This document shows, piece by piece, positions 19,676 to 30,179 of a DNA stretch of 64,000 nucleotides. The translations under genes were made by a program, and so were the position numbers. How positions within the stretch are numbered: position 1 is the stretch's first letter; each line of letters opens with the position of its first letter. The stretch is taken from NCBI GenBank assembly GCA_022711335.1, contig JAKLFF010000001.1, positions 323,016 through 387,015 on the forward strand, in the 5' to 3' direction. The notes under the pieces are model-generated. The model saw only the letters and a program-made list of their open reading frames with translations, was not told where the DNA came from and did no database searches. Origin of the DNA: Patescibacteria group bacterium. Lineage in GTDB: Bacteria > Patescibacteriota > Minisyncoccia > Moranbacterales > UBA2206.

Positions 19676-20490
19676 TAATTGATGCTTTTTTTAATAACAA
19701 AGACTGTTTCTAAGTTGGAATATCTTACCGAAGGAACAATCAGCGCTTGCTGAAAAAGCTTGTCCTGGGTTGTTTTAATTTCCTGGATCTTCCCTATAAG
19801 AAGCCCCTTGGGAACATCGCTACCAAGCCCTGATGTCACCACTTCATCGCCAACGTTCAGAACATCTGTTTGCGCCACCATGTCCAGAAGCACTCCCAGC
19901 CCAAACTCCCCCCTGACTATTCCTCGGGAATTAGTCTCCGAGTCAGAAGCGTTAATAGAGCTTAAAGAATTGGTAAGCAGTTCTATTTTGGAGCTGGTTA
20001 AATACGCCTCGCTGATTCTGCCGATAATAATCCCTTGAAAAACGATGACCGGCATTCCCGCTTCTATTCCGGAAGAGGTACCCTTGTCGATAATAAGCCA
20101 ACTGCCAAATTTTTGGGGATCCTGACCGATAACATATGCCGCTTCCAAATCAAACTTTTTTTTCGGGATAAGCCCTAGCTGCTCGCGCAGATTTTCGTTT
20201 TCTTTCTTTTCCTGGCGCAAATTCGAAATTTCTGAAATCAAAGAGCTATTTTCCTTTATCAGCCTTTCATTTTCAGCGTGAAGATTGGATATGGAGCCGA
20301 GAAATTCCATCGTATCGCCCGTTTTCTTGCTCAAAATGTAAAAAATTTTTTGGAAAGGATAGGCGGCAGTCAGAAAGAAATTGCGCAGCGGAGAAAAAGC
20401 CTGCTTTGGGTTTAAAAAAACCAGCAGGCTGCAGACTGCCAATATCGCCATTAATTTTATTAATCTGGGTGAAAGATATTTCCTAGGCAT
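19675..20490 (-). CDS. mreC: Rod shape-determining protein MreC
   Basis: N-terminal TM, coiled coil (…LRQEKKENENLREQL…), then beta-rich C-terminal domain. Follows mreB. Confidence 0.75.
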   Translation of the reverse strand: MPRKYLSPRLIKLMAILAVCSLLVFLNPKQAFSPLRNFFLTAAYPFQKIFYILSKKTGDTMEFLGSISNLHAENERLIKENSSLISEISNLRQEKKENENLREQLGLIPKKKFDLEAAYVIGQDPQKFGSWLIIDKGTSSGIEAGMPVIVFQGIIIGRISEAYLTSSKIELLTNSLSSINASDSETNSRGIVRGEFGLGVLLDMVAQTDVLNVGDEVVTSGLGSDVPKGLLIGKIQEIKTTQDKLFQQALIVPSVRYSNLETVFVIKKSIN

Positions 20491-20627
20491 AAGCTATGCG
20501 AGCACCAAATCCAAAATTTTAAATCCTAAATAATATCAAAATTCAAATAACCAAAATCTAAAACTGTTTTAATTTTATATTTTTAAAATTGTAATTTATT
20601 TGAAATTTGTAATTTTGAATTTGTAAT

Positions 20628-21710
20628 TTAGCGGAGCGACTTCTCATGCTGGTTCTCCACCAGAACTTCCCTCAAAGTCTCTATATCCTCCAAGACTATT
20701 CCTGCACCCCGCACCACCGCAGTCAGCGGATCCTCCATCATTCGAACCGGCATTTCCGTCTGATCAGCAATAATACGGTCCAGTCCCCGCACTAAGCTTC
20801 CTCCGCCCGCCAAAATTATCCCCCTTTGCATAATGTCAGAAAGAAGTTCTGGCGGAGTTTCTTCAATAGCTGTTTTTATATTATTTATAATAATGCGGAT
20901 TGATCTGGAAATTGCAATCCTGGCCTGTTCGTCAGTCAAAAGTATCTCCTTAGGAAGACCGGTTACCAAATCGCGCCCCCGAACTTCCATTTGCATTTTT
21001 TCCTTTTGCGGACAAGCGCTCCCGATGGCCATTTTCACGTCTTCAGCCGTCTTTTCGCCGATCAGCAAGTTGAATTCATCCCGGCAATAGCGGACCACGT
21101 CTTCATTCATTTCATCTCCGGCTACGCGCAAATTTCTGGAAACAACTATTCCTCCCAATGATATGACAGCGATATCAGTCGTTCCGCCGCCGATATCAAC
21201 GACCATATTTCCGGCTGCTTCCTGCACTGGAAGGCGCGCTCCGATTGCCGCTGCCATCGGTTCGTCGATAAGATAGGCTTCGCGCGCGCCGGCATTGAGC
21301 GTCGCATCAATCACCGCTCTTTTTTCCACCTCCGTTACTTCAGACGGAATCCCGACTACGATACGCGGGCGCGGAAAAAGGGTAAAGCTCCCTTTATGAA
21401 CCTTGTCGATAAAATATTTGAGCATCTGTTCCGTAACTTCAAAATCGCTGACCACGCCGTCAACCAAAGGCCTCGTCGCCACGATATGTCCCGGCGTTTT
21501 TCCCACCATCCGCTTGGCTTCTTTTCCAATAGCTAGAACCTGGCCGGTTTTTTTGTTGACTGCCACCACAGATGGTTCATTGATGATAATTCCGCTTCCG
21601 CGCACATAAACCAGCGTATTGGCTGTTCCCAAGTCAATGCCGATGTCCTTGGAAAGATTGCCGAATATATTGCCGGATATTTTTTTGAAAAATTTTCGAA
21701 CTTTATTCAT
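20628..21710 (-). CDS. mreB: Rod shape-determining actin homolog MreB
   Basis: DLGTANTLVYV phosphate-1 motif, and actin/Hsp70 fold motifs throughout. 360 aa. Confidence 0.9.
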   Translation of the reverse strand: MNKVRKFFKKISGNIFGNLSKDIGIDLGTANTLVYVRGSGIIINEPSVVAVNKKTGQVLAIGKEAKRMVGKTPGHIVATRPLVDGVVSDFEVTEQMLKYFIDKVHKGSFTLFPRPRIVVGIPSEVTEVEKRAVIDATLNAGAREAYLIDEPMAAAIGARLPVQEAAGNMVVDIGGGTTDIAVISLGGIVVSRNLRVAGDEMNEDVVRYCRDEFNLLIGEKTAEDVKMAIGSACPQKEKMQMEVRGRDLVTGLPKEILLTDEQARIAISRSIRIIINNIKTAIEETPPELLSDIMQRGIILAGGGSLVRGLDRIIADQTEMPVRMMEDPLTAVVRGAGIVLEDIETLREVLVENQHEKSLR

Positions 21711-21914
21711 AGTTAGAAAGCGCTACAAAACAAAAACCTAAGCATCCCAAAATGCTTTTTAATCCAAATCAAATTTATTTTTATTTTTCGACTGGCCGTG
21801 CCAGTTCTTTGTTTTCTGAACAGTCTCTACATTTTAGCATATCCTGACCTATAATCAAACTTAAGGAATGTTTTTTCAAAAAACACTGAATAATTTGTTT
21901 AATTATGCTATGTT

Positions 21915-22949
21915 TTATGATTCCAGCGCTTCTATCCCGGGCATTTTGCCGCCAGAAAGGTATTCCAGCATCGCTCCTCCGCCAGTAGAGACGAAACTGA
22001 CTCTATCCATAGCGTTGTTTTTTTCGAGAATCTCGAGAGTTTCCCCGCCACCGACCATAATATGCGCGCCGCTTGAAATTATGGATTCAAAAATATTTTT
22101 AGTTCCAGACGAATATTTTTCTTCCTCGAATTTCCCCATCGGCCCGTTCCAAACTATAGTTTTCGCACTTTTGATAATTTCTTTAAATTTTTCCACTGTT
22201 TTCGGACCGACATCCAGCCGGTCATCTACAAAATCAAACGGCAAAACCACTTTTCCGCCAAAATTCACTTTTTGGTCAATCGCCTCATTGGCGATTTTTC
22301 CGCCAACCAAAACAAAATCGTATTTTTCCTCAAAAAATTTGATGACCGGTAGTTTAGTTTCTATTTTAGCGCCCCCGACAATCGCCACCGCGGGGCAGAC
22401 GAAATTATTTTTCACCTTTTCCATTTCTTCAACCTCTTTTTGGAGCCACAAGCCTGCGAAGCTTGGCAAAAATTTTGCCACTCCAGTCACCGACGCCTGA
22501 TTGCGATGGCAAACAGAGAAAGCGTCGTTAACAAAAATATCAAAATTTTCTGAAAGTTTTTTGGCAAAAACCTCATCATTAGTTTCATCTCCTGGATAAA
22601 ATCTGACGTTTTCCAAAAGCAGCATCTCTCTGGGACTTAATCCGCCAATTTCGATTTTTACTTTTTCTCCGATGCAGTCATCGACGAATTTTGTCTTTAT
22701 GCCGATTATTCTTTCTGCATCATCTGCAATCTGTCCCAGGGAAAATTCCGGATCTGTTTTCCCTTCAGGCCTTCCTAAATGAGAAATAAGAGCTACTTTT
22801 GCACCTTTTTCCAAAAGATAGCTAACAGTTTCTTTGGCTGCCGCGATTTTGAACGCTTCTTTGGCGTCACCGCCTTCGATTCCGGAATTAAAATCCACTC
22901 TTAAAAGCACTTTTTTATTTTTTACATCAGCGTCTTGAATTTTTCGCAT
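21915..22949 (-). CDS. pgk: Phosphoglycerate kinase
   Basis: VLLRVDFN, ISHLGRP, FVNDAFS and GGGA motifs. Shorter (344 aa) than the typical ~395 aa, so the C-terminus may be truncated. Confidence 0.8.
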   Translation of the reverse strand: MRKIQDADVKNKKVLLRVDFNSGIEGGDAKEAFKIAAAKETVSYLLEKGAKVALISHLGRPEGKTDPEFSLGQIADDAERIIGIKTKFVDDCIGEKVKIEIGGLSPREMLLLENVRFYPGDETNDEVFAKKLSENFDIFVNDAFSVCHRNQASVTGVAKFLPSFAGLWLQKEVEEMEKVKNNFVCPAVAIVGGAKIETKLPVIKFFEEKYDFVLVGGKIANEAIDQKVNFGGKVVLPFDFVDDRLDVGPKTVEKFKEIIKSAKTIVWNGPMGKFEEEKYSSGTKNIFESIISSGAHIMVGGGETLEILEKNNAMDRVSFVSTGGGAMLEYLSGGKMPGIEALES

Positions 22950-23067
22950 TTATCTACAAATTACTAATTAATACGAATATACCAATGTGAATTAAATAAT
23001 ATTTATCAATAATATACCGCCTATTCGTAATTCGTACATTTGTACAAATTCGTATTTCGTAGAGATT

Positions 23068-24174
23068 TCATTGATGGAACTTCCCTGCTCCCAAAATTCC
23101 GATAATCACTCCAATAAGCGCCGTTACTATGGTAATAATCCAGGCGCGCATCGTCACTTTAGTTTCCGGCCAGCCTTTGGCCTCAAAATGATGGTGGATC
23201 GGCGCCGCCAAAAAAACTTTCCGCCCGAATATTTTTTTGGAAGTCAGCTGGATTATCACCGATCCCGATTCTAAAACATAAACAAAAACAATGAGAAATA
23301 AAACCAGAGCGGAATTGGTAAGCATCGCCACAACGCCGAGAGTAAGTCCCAAAGAAACCGCGCCGGTATCTCCCATGAAAAAACGAGCTGGATAAACGTT
23401 AAACCAAAGAAATGACAAAAGAGCGCCGGAAATAGCCGCGCAAAAAGCCGCCAAGTCCACTTTGTTTTGAAAAAAAGAAATGAAGGCAAACGAACTGAAA
23501 GCCATAAGCAGCACGCCTCCGTCAAGACCGTCAAGGCCGTCTGCTTCATTGGATGAAATAGCCGTAAAAAGAATAACAAATATGAAAAGCGGAACATACC
23601 AAAGGCCGATGCTAAAATCTCCCACCGCTGGAATGTGAATGGCATCCCAGCCCAGCTTCCAATGGAACCACCAGGCGCCGAGAATGGAAATTACGATAAG
23701 CCAGCCAAAGCGCGAAAAAAATCTCATTCCCCCGCCTTTATTTTTGCCATATCCTCTGACACTCATATAATCGTCAAAAAGCCCCAAAATTCCCGCCGCA
23801 ACCAAAGCAAAAAGCGGCAGCCAGACCTGGGAGCGGCTGAAAAAATCCAAGCGGGCGATGAAATTGGTATCCGTCCATTTAGCAACAATCGGAAAAAAAT
23901 AATGTGAAGCCAAAACCAAAACCCCCACCGTCGCCCAAATCAAGACTCCTCCCATGGTGGGCGTTCCGGCTTTGTGGGCATGGAGCTTGCTGACATAAGC
24001 AAGCTCTTTGCCATCGACTGATTTTTGCTTTATCTTTATTCCCAGTTTTTTCTTATATAAAAAATGGGTAAGCACGGGTGTAAATGAAAATGCTAAAACA
24101 AAAGCAGCAAGGCCGGTTACCAGGACTTTTAAAATATCTATCACTATCGGTATGGTTTGGATTTGTGAAAACAT
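23068..24174 (-). CDS. mraY: Phospho-N-acetylmuramoyl-pentapeptide transferase
   Basis: 10-TM protein with conserved MraY cytoplasmic-loop motifs (…AGTPTMGG…, …NxxNxxDGLDG…, …HHHFE…). Ends with TGA. Confidence 0.85.
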   Translation of the reverse strand: MFSQIQTIPIVIDILKVLVTGLAAFVLAFSFTPVLTHFLYKKKLGIKIKQKSVDGKELAYVSKLHAHKAGTPTMGGVLIWATVGVLVLASHYFFPIVAKWTDTNFIARLDFFSRSQVWLPLFALVAAGILGLFDDYMSVRGYGKNKGGGMRFFSRFGWLIVISILGAWWFHWKLGWDAIHIPAVGDFSIGLWYVPLFIFVILFTAISSNEADGLDGLDGGVLLMAFSSFAFISFFQNKVDLAAFCAAISGALLSFLWFNVYPARFFMGDTGAVSLGLTLGVVAMLTNSALVLFLIVFVYVLESGSVIIQLTSKKIFGRKVFLAAPIHHHFEAKGWPETKVTMRAWIITIVTALIGVIIGILGAGKFHQ

Positions 24175-24344
24175 AAGCGCTTCGCTAAAATTAAAAATAA
24201 AACCTCACCTGCCCGCCGACAGGCAGGAAATGAAAAATTAAGGAGCTGGCGGCAGACAGGTTTCGCGACAAATTATTTTATAAATAAATTGCGAACGAAG
24301 TGAGCACCAAAATTTTAATTTTTGATTTTTGCATTTTGATTTTT

Positions 24345-25388
24345 CTACCGCCATTCATAATTATCAAACACCCATCCAATCAGAGTCTTCATGTCTTCCC
24401 ATCGATTCTCGTCATTGAGAACAACAGCGATAATCCGGTGTTTTCCGCTCGAATCAGTCGCCCCCAGAAGAAGTGATTTCCCCGCTAAAGGCGTAAAACC
24501 TGTTTTTCCTCCAAGACAGTTAGGCATATCATCCAAAAGAATATCCGTATTTTTCAGCTGGTGCATATATTTTCCATCAATGGAATATATCTGTTCTTCC
24601 GGTATTTTCATTATGTTCCAGATATCCTTATATTGCAACGACAAAGAAGCGATCCTGGCTATATCATAAGCCGTGGAATAGCACTGGTCTTCCTGCCCGT
24701 CTATTTCCAATCCGGATGGGGTGCAAAAGTTTGTGTCTTTGAGCCCCAATTCTTTGGCTCGGTCATTCATCATTTTGGAAAAATTTTCCGTAGATCCTGC
24801 AATATGGACGCCAATGGCTGTTGCCGCGTCATTAGCGCTGTTTAGAAGCATGGCTTTCATAAGATCAACGGCTTTCAATTTTTCCCCTGCATACATTCTG
24901 TTGCTGACGCAATATCCGGACCTCGGGCATCCCACCACCGTTCCGGGAACTAAAAGCGCTTCGCGAGTTACCACAATTTCTTCGCTTTTAAGATCTTTTA
25001 TCTTTTCTACGGCCAAAATAGCCGTCATTATTTTTGTCAGCGACGCTATCTGGGTTTTTTTTCGGCCGTTTTCATAGTGAAGAATGGTTCCGCTGTCGAC
25101 ATCTATCGCCACAGACGATCCCGCCCAGACCTTGAGGTCATAATAGCCCTTTTTCCTAACCGGCATATATTCGCTTGCCGGAAAATCAGTCGGAAAAAGA
25201 TTGCAGCTTCGAAAATTTTCTGTTTTATTTTTATCTTCCGGCTTTTTATTCTCTTCCCCAAGAACGCGGTTTATTATCATGGTGTTCCTGGCGCCAGGCA
25301 GTTGAATTTCCGCATCAGCAAAAAAGCCTCCATACAAAAAAAATGGAACAAAGGGAATGAAAAAATAGGCTAGAAGCGCATTAAACAT
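24345..25388 (-). CDS. D-alanyl-D-alanine carboxypeptidase (peptidase S11, PBP5/6-like)
   Basis: SxxK (ASLTKIM), SxN (NSAND) and KTG (GKTGFT) motifs. N-terminal signal/anchor. Confidence 0.75.
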   Translation of the reverse strand: MFNALLAYFFIPFVPFFLYGGFFADAEIQLPGARNTMIINRVLGEENKKPEDKNKTENFRSCNLFPTDFPASEYMPVRKKGYYDLKVWAGSSVAIDVDSGTILHYENGRKKTQIASLTKIMTAILAVEKIKDLKSEEIVVTREALLVPGTVVGCPRSGYCVSNRMYAGEKLKAVDLMKAMLLNSANDAATAIGVHIAGSTENFSKMMNDRAKELGLKDTNFCTPSGLEIDGQEDQCYSTAYDIARIASLSLQYKDIWNIMKIPEEQIYSIDGKYMHQLKNTDILLDDMPNCLGGKTGFTPLAGKSLLLGATDSSGKHRIIAVVLNDENRWEDMKTLIGWVFDNYEWR

Positions 25389-25413
25389 AACGGTTTTTCT
25401 TTTTTCTTATTTC

Positions 25414-25986
25414 TTATTTCTGTGAATTATTATCCGAACCAAGCTGATGGCTCCCGACTATGCTGTCAATCCGCCCATCTTTAGAAAGTACCTCCCAGTC
25501 CGGAAGCTTTTCAACGCCTTCCACTCCCAATTTCTCTAAAAATTTGAAAGAAACCTTATAAAGATAGCCGCGTCCATCCCGGGGATTGTCGGTTCGTTCC
25601 AAGAGTCCGCGCATAAGGAGAGACCGGATCGTAAAACTTGAATTTACTCCTCTAATTGACTCGATTTCAGCTCTGGATATGGGGCTTCTATAAGCGATTA
25701 TTGACAGGACTTCCAGCGCCGCTTGGCTTAAATTTTCCTGAATTTCGGCCTTAACCAGTTCGGAAACATATCCAGAATTTTCGGGGTTAGTCGCCATTTC
25801 AACCATATCTTCTTTTTTGATTATTGCCAAACCTCTGTTTGAATATTCAGCTCCAAGCAACATAAGGGCATTTTCTACTTCCGGCTTCGGCGCTCCCAAA
25901 ATTTTGGAAATTTTGGAAATTTTTACCGGCTCGCCGGAAATAAACAGGACGCTTTCGATAATAGATTTAAGTTTATCAATATCCAC
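25414..25986 (-). CDS. scpB: Segregation and condensation protein B
   Basis: Tandem winged-helix ScpB signature (…SVLFISGEPV…, …AYRSPISRAEIESIRGV…). 190 aa. Downstream of scpA. Confidence 0.8.
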   Translation of the reverse strand: MDIDKLKSIIESVLFISGEPVKISKISKILGAPKPEVENALMLLGAEYSNRGLAIIKKEDMVEMATNPENSGYVSELVKAEIQENLSQAALEVLSIIAYRSPISRAEIESIRGVNSSFTIRSLLMRGLLERTDNPRDGRGYLYKVSFKFLEKLGVEGVEKLPDWEVLSKDGRIDSIVGSHQLGSDNNSQK

Positions 25987-26134
25987 AAATAAAAATTTTC
26001 AATTTTTAATTTTCAATTTTTAAACAATTTTTAATTTCTTAATTTTGAAATTATTGAAAGTTTAAAAAATTAGTCATTAAAACATTGGAAATTGTTTAGA
26101 AATTAGAAATTGGAAATTTAATTACCTAATTAAA

Positions 26135-26875
26135 TTACGCGTTTTTCATGCTCAATTTTATATCCTCAAACAGGCTTTTTTGTTCGACGTTTACAATCCT
26201 CTGTTTCACCATCTCCAGCACCGCCAAAAAGGAAACAATCACGTCGATTTTTTCTTTCGCGCCGGAAACCAGTTCGGAAAAGGAAGTTTCGATTCTTTTC
26301 CGAAGAGTTGATTCCAAATCATTTATTTTCTCCTCCAGAGTGACGACTTCCGAGACGATTTCTTCCTGCAATTTTTCCATAAGCGGTATTTCCGAAAGGA
26401 TTTTCAAAAAAGTTTTCTTGAGGTCGTATATATTGACATTCTCCGGCGGATAAAATACCGCTTCTATGCCGACAAAACCGCTTCTTGGAAAAGCCTGCTT
26501 TTTTAATTTTGACATTTTTCCCAATTTTTCCGAAGCCTCTTTGAATTTTCTATATTGTTCGAGCTGCCGCTTGAGATCGACTATTTCTTCTTCCTCCTCA
26601 TCAGTAAACTTGAGTGCCGGAAGAATTGACCGGGATTTAATCAGAATAAGCTTTGAAGCTACGGACAAAAACTCGGCCAGATGGCCAAGGTCTATCTTGT
26701 CGTTGTCCTTTATGAAATTAAGATACTCATCGGCCACTTTCGCCAGGCTAAGCTCGTTAATATCGAGCCTTTCCTTCTCAATAAGCTCCAAAAGAAGTTC
26801 CATCGGGCCTTCAAATTTTTCGAGTTTTACTTGATACACTATCGCAAAATTTTCAATTTTCAATTTTTCAGCCAA
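26135..26875 (-). CDS. scpA: Segregation and condensation protein A (kleisin)
   Basis: N-terminal FEGPMELLLELIEKERLDI, typical of ScpA. 246 aa. Confidence 0.8.
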   Translation of the reverse strand: MAEKLKIENFAIVYQVKLEKFEGPMELLLELIEKERLDINELSLAKVADEYLNFIKDNDKIDLGHLAEFLSVASKLILIKSRSILPALKFTDEEEEEIVDLKRQLEQYRKFKEASEKLGKMSKLKKQAFPRSGFVGIEAVFYPPENVNIYDLKKTFLKILSEIPLMEKLQEEIVSEVVTLEEKINDLESTLRKRIETSFSELVSGAKEKIDVIVSFLAVLEMVKQRIVNVEQKSLFEDIKLSMKNA

Positions 26876-27009
26876 AGACTAATCCGCCTATGGCAGACAA
26901 TTTTCAAACAATTCTCAATTTAATAATTTTTAAATTTATTAATTGATTTGAAAATTTAGTCATTGAAACATTGAAAATTGTTTAGAAATTAGAAATTGAA
27001 AATTAGAAA

Positions 27010-27510
27010 TTATTTTTTGGCCTTGCTGAAGCTTCCCTTCACCGGATTTTCAATTTTGACATACTGGCTCGTATTAATTAGAAGCGATTCCGTGTATTCT
27101 CCCGATCCGACATATATTTTTTTATTTTTCAAAAGCAGGCCGTCAGCATAAACGTCCAGTTTCAAAATCTCCTGAAACGGCGGAGTCGCTCCCACTTTTC
27201 CAGGCAGATTCTTTTTCATCCAAAGCTCTTTCGCAAAATCTATTTTTTTGAAAAGCTTTTCTTTGTTCTTCTTTCTCCGAGCGTTTATTGCCTTTAGAAG
27301 CTTCTGCTTGTCCAAATTTCTGTTCGACGGAACCATAGCCAAAAGATAATCATTGTCCGCTTTCATAACCAGCGCTTTCGCCACTTGCTGGGGCTTCACT
27401 TTTTCCGTCTGAGCCGTATCCCAGGCAGTAAAAGTGGTTCTATGCCCGATTATTTGGTATTTATATTTTTTCAAGTCGAGATAATTGGAAATTTTTTTAG
27501 GTATAGCCAT
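27010..27510 (-). CDS. YbaK/ProX-like aminoacyl-tRNA deacylase domain protein
   Basis: Length and conserved pattern (…KALVMK…, …GxxGATPPF…, …VYADGLL…) resemble the YbaK/ProX editing domain. Confidence 0.5.
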   Translation of the reverse strand: MAIPKKISNYLDLKKYKYQIIGHRTTFTAWDTAQTEKVKPQQVAKALVMKADNDYLLAMVPSNRNLDKQKLLKAINARRKKNKEKLFKKIDFAKELWMKKNLPGKVGATPPFQEILKLDVYADGLLLKNKKIYVGSGEYTESLLINTSQYVKIENPVKGSFSKAKK

Positions 27511-27629
27511 ATTTTCTGGAGTTAAATGTTACTTTTACAGACTAACATGATTTCACATTTTTTTCAAATTGAAAAAAAGGCTTATGAGCCGGATTTTTAT
27601 AAAAAACTTGGCTTTTTCCGTTCTAGAAT

Positions 27630-28844
27630 TTATTTCTCGCATTTGTTATCCACCAGAAAAAATGCCGGAATAAGAGATGAAAAAACAAAAATGGCCAGAA
27701 GCAGAAACAGCCCTTTCAAAGGGAAAAAAAATAGCATTGCGATAGAAAGCAACGATGCCGCAATGTAGCCGGCCGGCATGGCCGTGCGGTAGAAATGAAT
27801 GAGATCAACGTCGTTTGCATCAATTCTTTTGTAAAAATAGGAATCGCGGAGCACTTCCACGAGAGCGGCTCCGATCCGAGTGGCAAAAAGAACCGCCGCC
27901 CAGACAAACACGCTAGTTCCTGAAATAAAATACACCGCGGCCGAAGACGCTCCCATAATAGCGATAGAAACAATCAGCGCTTCTTTTTCGCCCATTTTTT
28001 TGTCCGCCAAAAAACCCATCGGGTATTGGACAAGCACGAAAGGAACAAGCATCAAAGTGAAGATTATCCCGATTTTGTCCCAGGAAAGCCCGAGATCACG
28101 AAGATAAATCGGAGAATAAACCACCATTACCGCGTAAAAAAATTCCAATATGAAGGAAATGTAATATATACGCAAAATATTTCTTCTCTGGCTGACTTTT
28201 CCAATGAGATCCCGAACAGTAACACTTCCTTCAAAACGATGGTTTATATTTCGGAAGCTTGCGAGAGTAATAATCAAAATTACGGAATTGACGATAAAGA
28301 TAAATATGAATATCCCGCTGAAATCAAAATGGCCCAAAAGCTTTGTCGCCAGCAGCGGACCAAACAGAAAGCCGGCATTAATGAGCGTCAGATGCTCCCC
28401 TCTGATCCTTCCGGATCTTTTGTCCACCGAGAAAGATTCAAGTATCACATCCAGGCTGGCCCATTCGAGGCCGCTGAAAATGAGATAAAAAACCAGAAGA
28501 ACCGCCGTCCAGGGTGATACCGGAGCTATCATAATGACCGCGATTGTTATTATTTTGAACAAAAGTGAAAAATAAAAAGCATTCGATTTTCCAAAAATTT
28601 TCACGACTTTATGAAAATTGAGCAACGCGAAAAGAACAATAAGATAGGCGATAAAATAAAAAAGGCCCACATTTTCGCTGCCTGTGGCCATTTTAAAATA
28701 CGACGACATCATATAGATAATCACCGACTGGGTGAAGCCCATAAGGAAAGAAATAGTGCCGATAGCATTTACTTTTCCGGCGCTATATTTTTCATGATGC
28801 CTTATTTTTTCTTCGTTTATTGTTTTTATTTTTGATTTTTGCAT
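27630..28844 (-). CDS. MFS transporter (12 TM)
   Basis: 12 predicted TM helices. MFS-type loop motif between TM2 and TM3. Confidence 0.7.
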   Translation of the reverse strand: MQKSKIKTINEEKIRHHEKYSAGKVNAIGTISFLMGFTQSVIIYMMSSYFKMATGSENVGLFYFIAYLIVLFALLNFHKVVKIFGKSNAFYFSLLFKIITIAVIMIAPVSPWTAVLLVFYLIFSGLEWASLDVILESFSVDKRSGRIRGEHLTLINAGFLFGPLLATKLLGHFDFSGIFIFIFIVNSVILIITLASFRNINHRFEGSVTVRDLIGKVSQRRNILRIYYISFILEFFYAVMVVYSPIYLRDLGLSWDKIGIIFTLMLVPFVLVQYPMGFLADKKMGEKEALIVSIAIMGASSAAVYFISGTSVFVWAAVLFATRIGAALVEVLRDSYFYKRIDANDVDLIHFYRTAMPAGYIAASLLSIAMLFFFPLKGLFLLLAIFVFSSLIPAFFLVDNKCEK

Positions 28845-28854
28845 TTTGGTTTTT

Positions 28855-30174
28855 CTACGGCGTCAGCCGCTTTACATCCCGCGGAAACAAAATCGCTTCC
28901 TTTATGCTTTGAAGGCTGAGGATTTTTTGCAAAATTCTTTCCGAGCCCAGCCCCCAGCCTCCGTGCGGCGGCATACCCAAGCGGAAAATTTCCAGATAAT
29001 CTTTATAATCAGCCGGGTTTAGCCGGTGGCGCCGAATATTGGCTAAAAGACGGCCATATTCGTGAATCCTTTGCCCGCCGGTCGCGATCTCTACGCCTTT
29101 GAAAAGAAGATCAAAACTTTCCGTATATTGGTGATCAGGACTCGGCATGACATAAAATGGCCGGGCGCTGGACGGATAATGGGTAAGAAAAATAAAATCG
29201 CTGTTATAGGTCTTTTTCGCCCATTCCGAAATCAAGCGCTCTCCTTCCGGATCGATATCTATTCCTTCCGACTCCTTGCCATATTCTTTTCTTAGAATTT
29301 CCAGAGCTTCGGTTAGCTTAACATTAGGAAATTTATTGGGAATAAAAAATTCTGATCCGCATTCGGCCAATATATCCTTGCAATGCCTTTCGACGTCCCT
29401 CAAAATTCTTTTCATCACCACTTCCAGCTGGTTCATGACGTCTTTATAGCTGCTGATAAAACCCATTTCTGCATCCAGTCCCGTATATTCATTGACATGC
29501 CGGCTGGTGAAATGCGGTTCCGCCCGAAAAACCGGGCCGATTTCGAAAACCCGTTCGAAAGCTCCCACTCCGGCTTGCTTATAAAACTGGGGGCTTTGCG
29601 CCAAAAACGCATCGCGCTTGAAATATTTTATTTTGAAAAAATTAGCTCCGCCTTCAGTTGCCGAAGAAAGAATTTTGGGAGTTTTTATTTCCAAAAAACC
29701 ATAGTCCCGCATAACTTCCCCATATGATTTCAATATCTGGCTGTAAACACGAAAAATATCATTGGTTTTTTTGTTTCTCAAGGACAGGCTTCTGTTGTCC
29801 AATAATGTCGGCAAAGTAAGATCCAGTTCTTTTTTGGAAACATCAAAAGAAAGCTCCCCCTCAACCCGGGAAATTATTTTCATCTCGCCGACTTCGATTT
29901 CCACTTTTCCCGTCGGACAATCATCCTTTGCCTGGCTTCCCGGCCGTTCTTTCACCAAGCCTTCCACTTCGATTACGAATTCGTTTCTTATTTCCCTGGC
30001 AGTGTTGTAAGCTTCGCTTTTATCCGGAATTACAACCATCTGGATGATTCCGGTCCGATCGCGAAGGTCGATAAAAATAAGCTTCCCATGATCGCGCCGA
30101 ACATTCACCCAGCCGGAGAGCTTTATTTTTTTTCCTATCAATTTTGGAGTATCGCCGATTAGGGTTCTTTTCAT
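28855..30174 (-). CDS. aspS: Aspartyl-tRNA synthetase, archaeal/eukaryal type (class IIb); AsnRS not excluded
   Basis: N-terminal OB fold, motif 2 FRAE…, motif 3 …GGWGLGSERL…. 439 aa is archaeal-type AspRS size rather than bacterial (~590 aa). Confidence 0.65.
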   Translation of the reverse strand: MKRTLIGDTPKLIGKKIKLSGWVNVRRDHGKLIFIDLRDRTGIIQMVVIPDKSEAYNTAREIRNEFVIEVEGLVKERPGSQAKDDCPTGKVEIEVGEMKIISRVEGELSFDVSKKELDLTLPTLLDNRSLSLRNKKTNDIFRVYSQILKSYGEVMRDYGFLEIKTPKILSSATEGGANFFKIKYFKRDAFLAQSPQFYKQAGVGAFERVFEIGPVFRAEPHFTSRHVNEYTGLDAEMGFISSYKDVMNQLEVVMKRILRDVERHCKDILAECGSEFFIPNKFPNVKLTEALEILRKEYGKESEGIDIDPEGERLISEWAKKTYNSDFIFLTHYPSSARPFYVMPSPDHQYTESFDLLFKGVEIATGGQRIHEYGRLLANIRRHRLNPADYKDYLEIFRLGMPPHGGWGLGSERILQKILSLQSIKEAILFPRDVKRLTP

Positions 30175-30179
30175 ATTTT

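Noticed and set aside
20490-20627. AT-rich tandem repeats (TTTGTAATTT x3) between mreC and mreB, and similar TGTAAAT-type repeats at 9525-9660. Considered as CRISPR-like or functional arrays.
   Set aside because: Irregular, low-complexity AT-rich spacers with no constant repeat/spacer periodicity and no adjacent cas genes. Most likely simple-sequence intergenic DNA.
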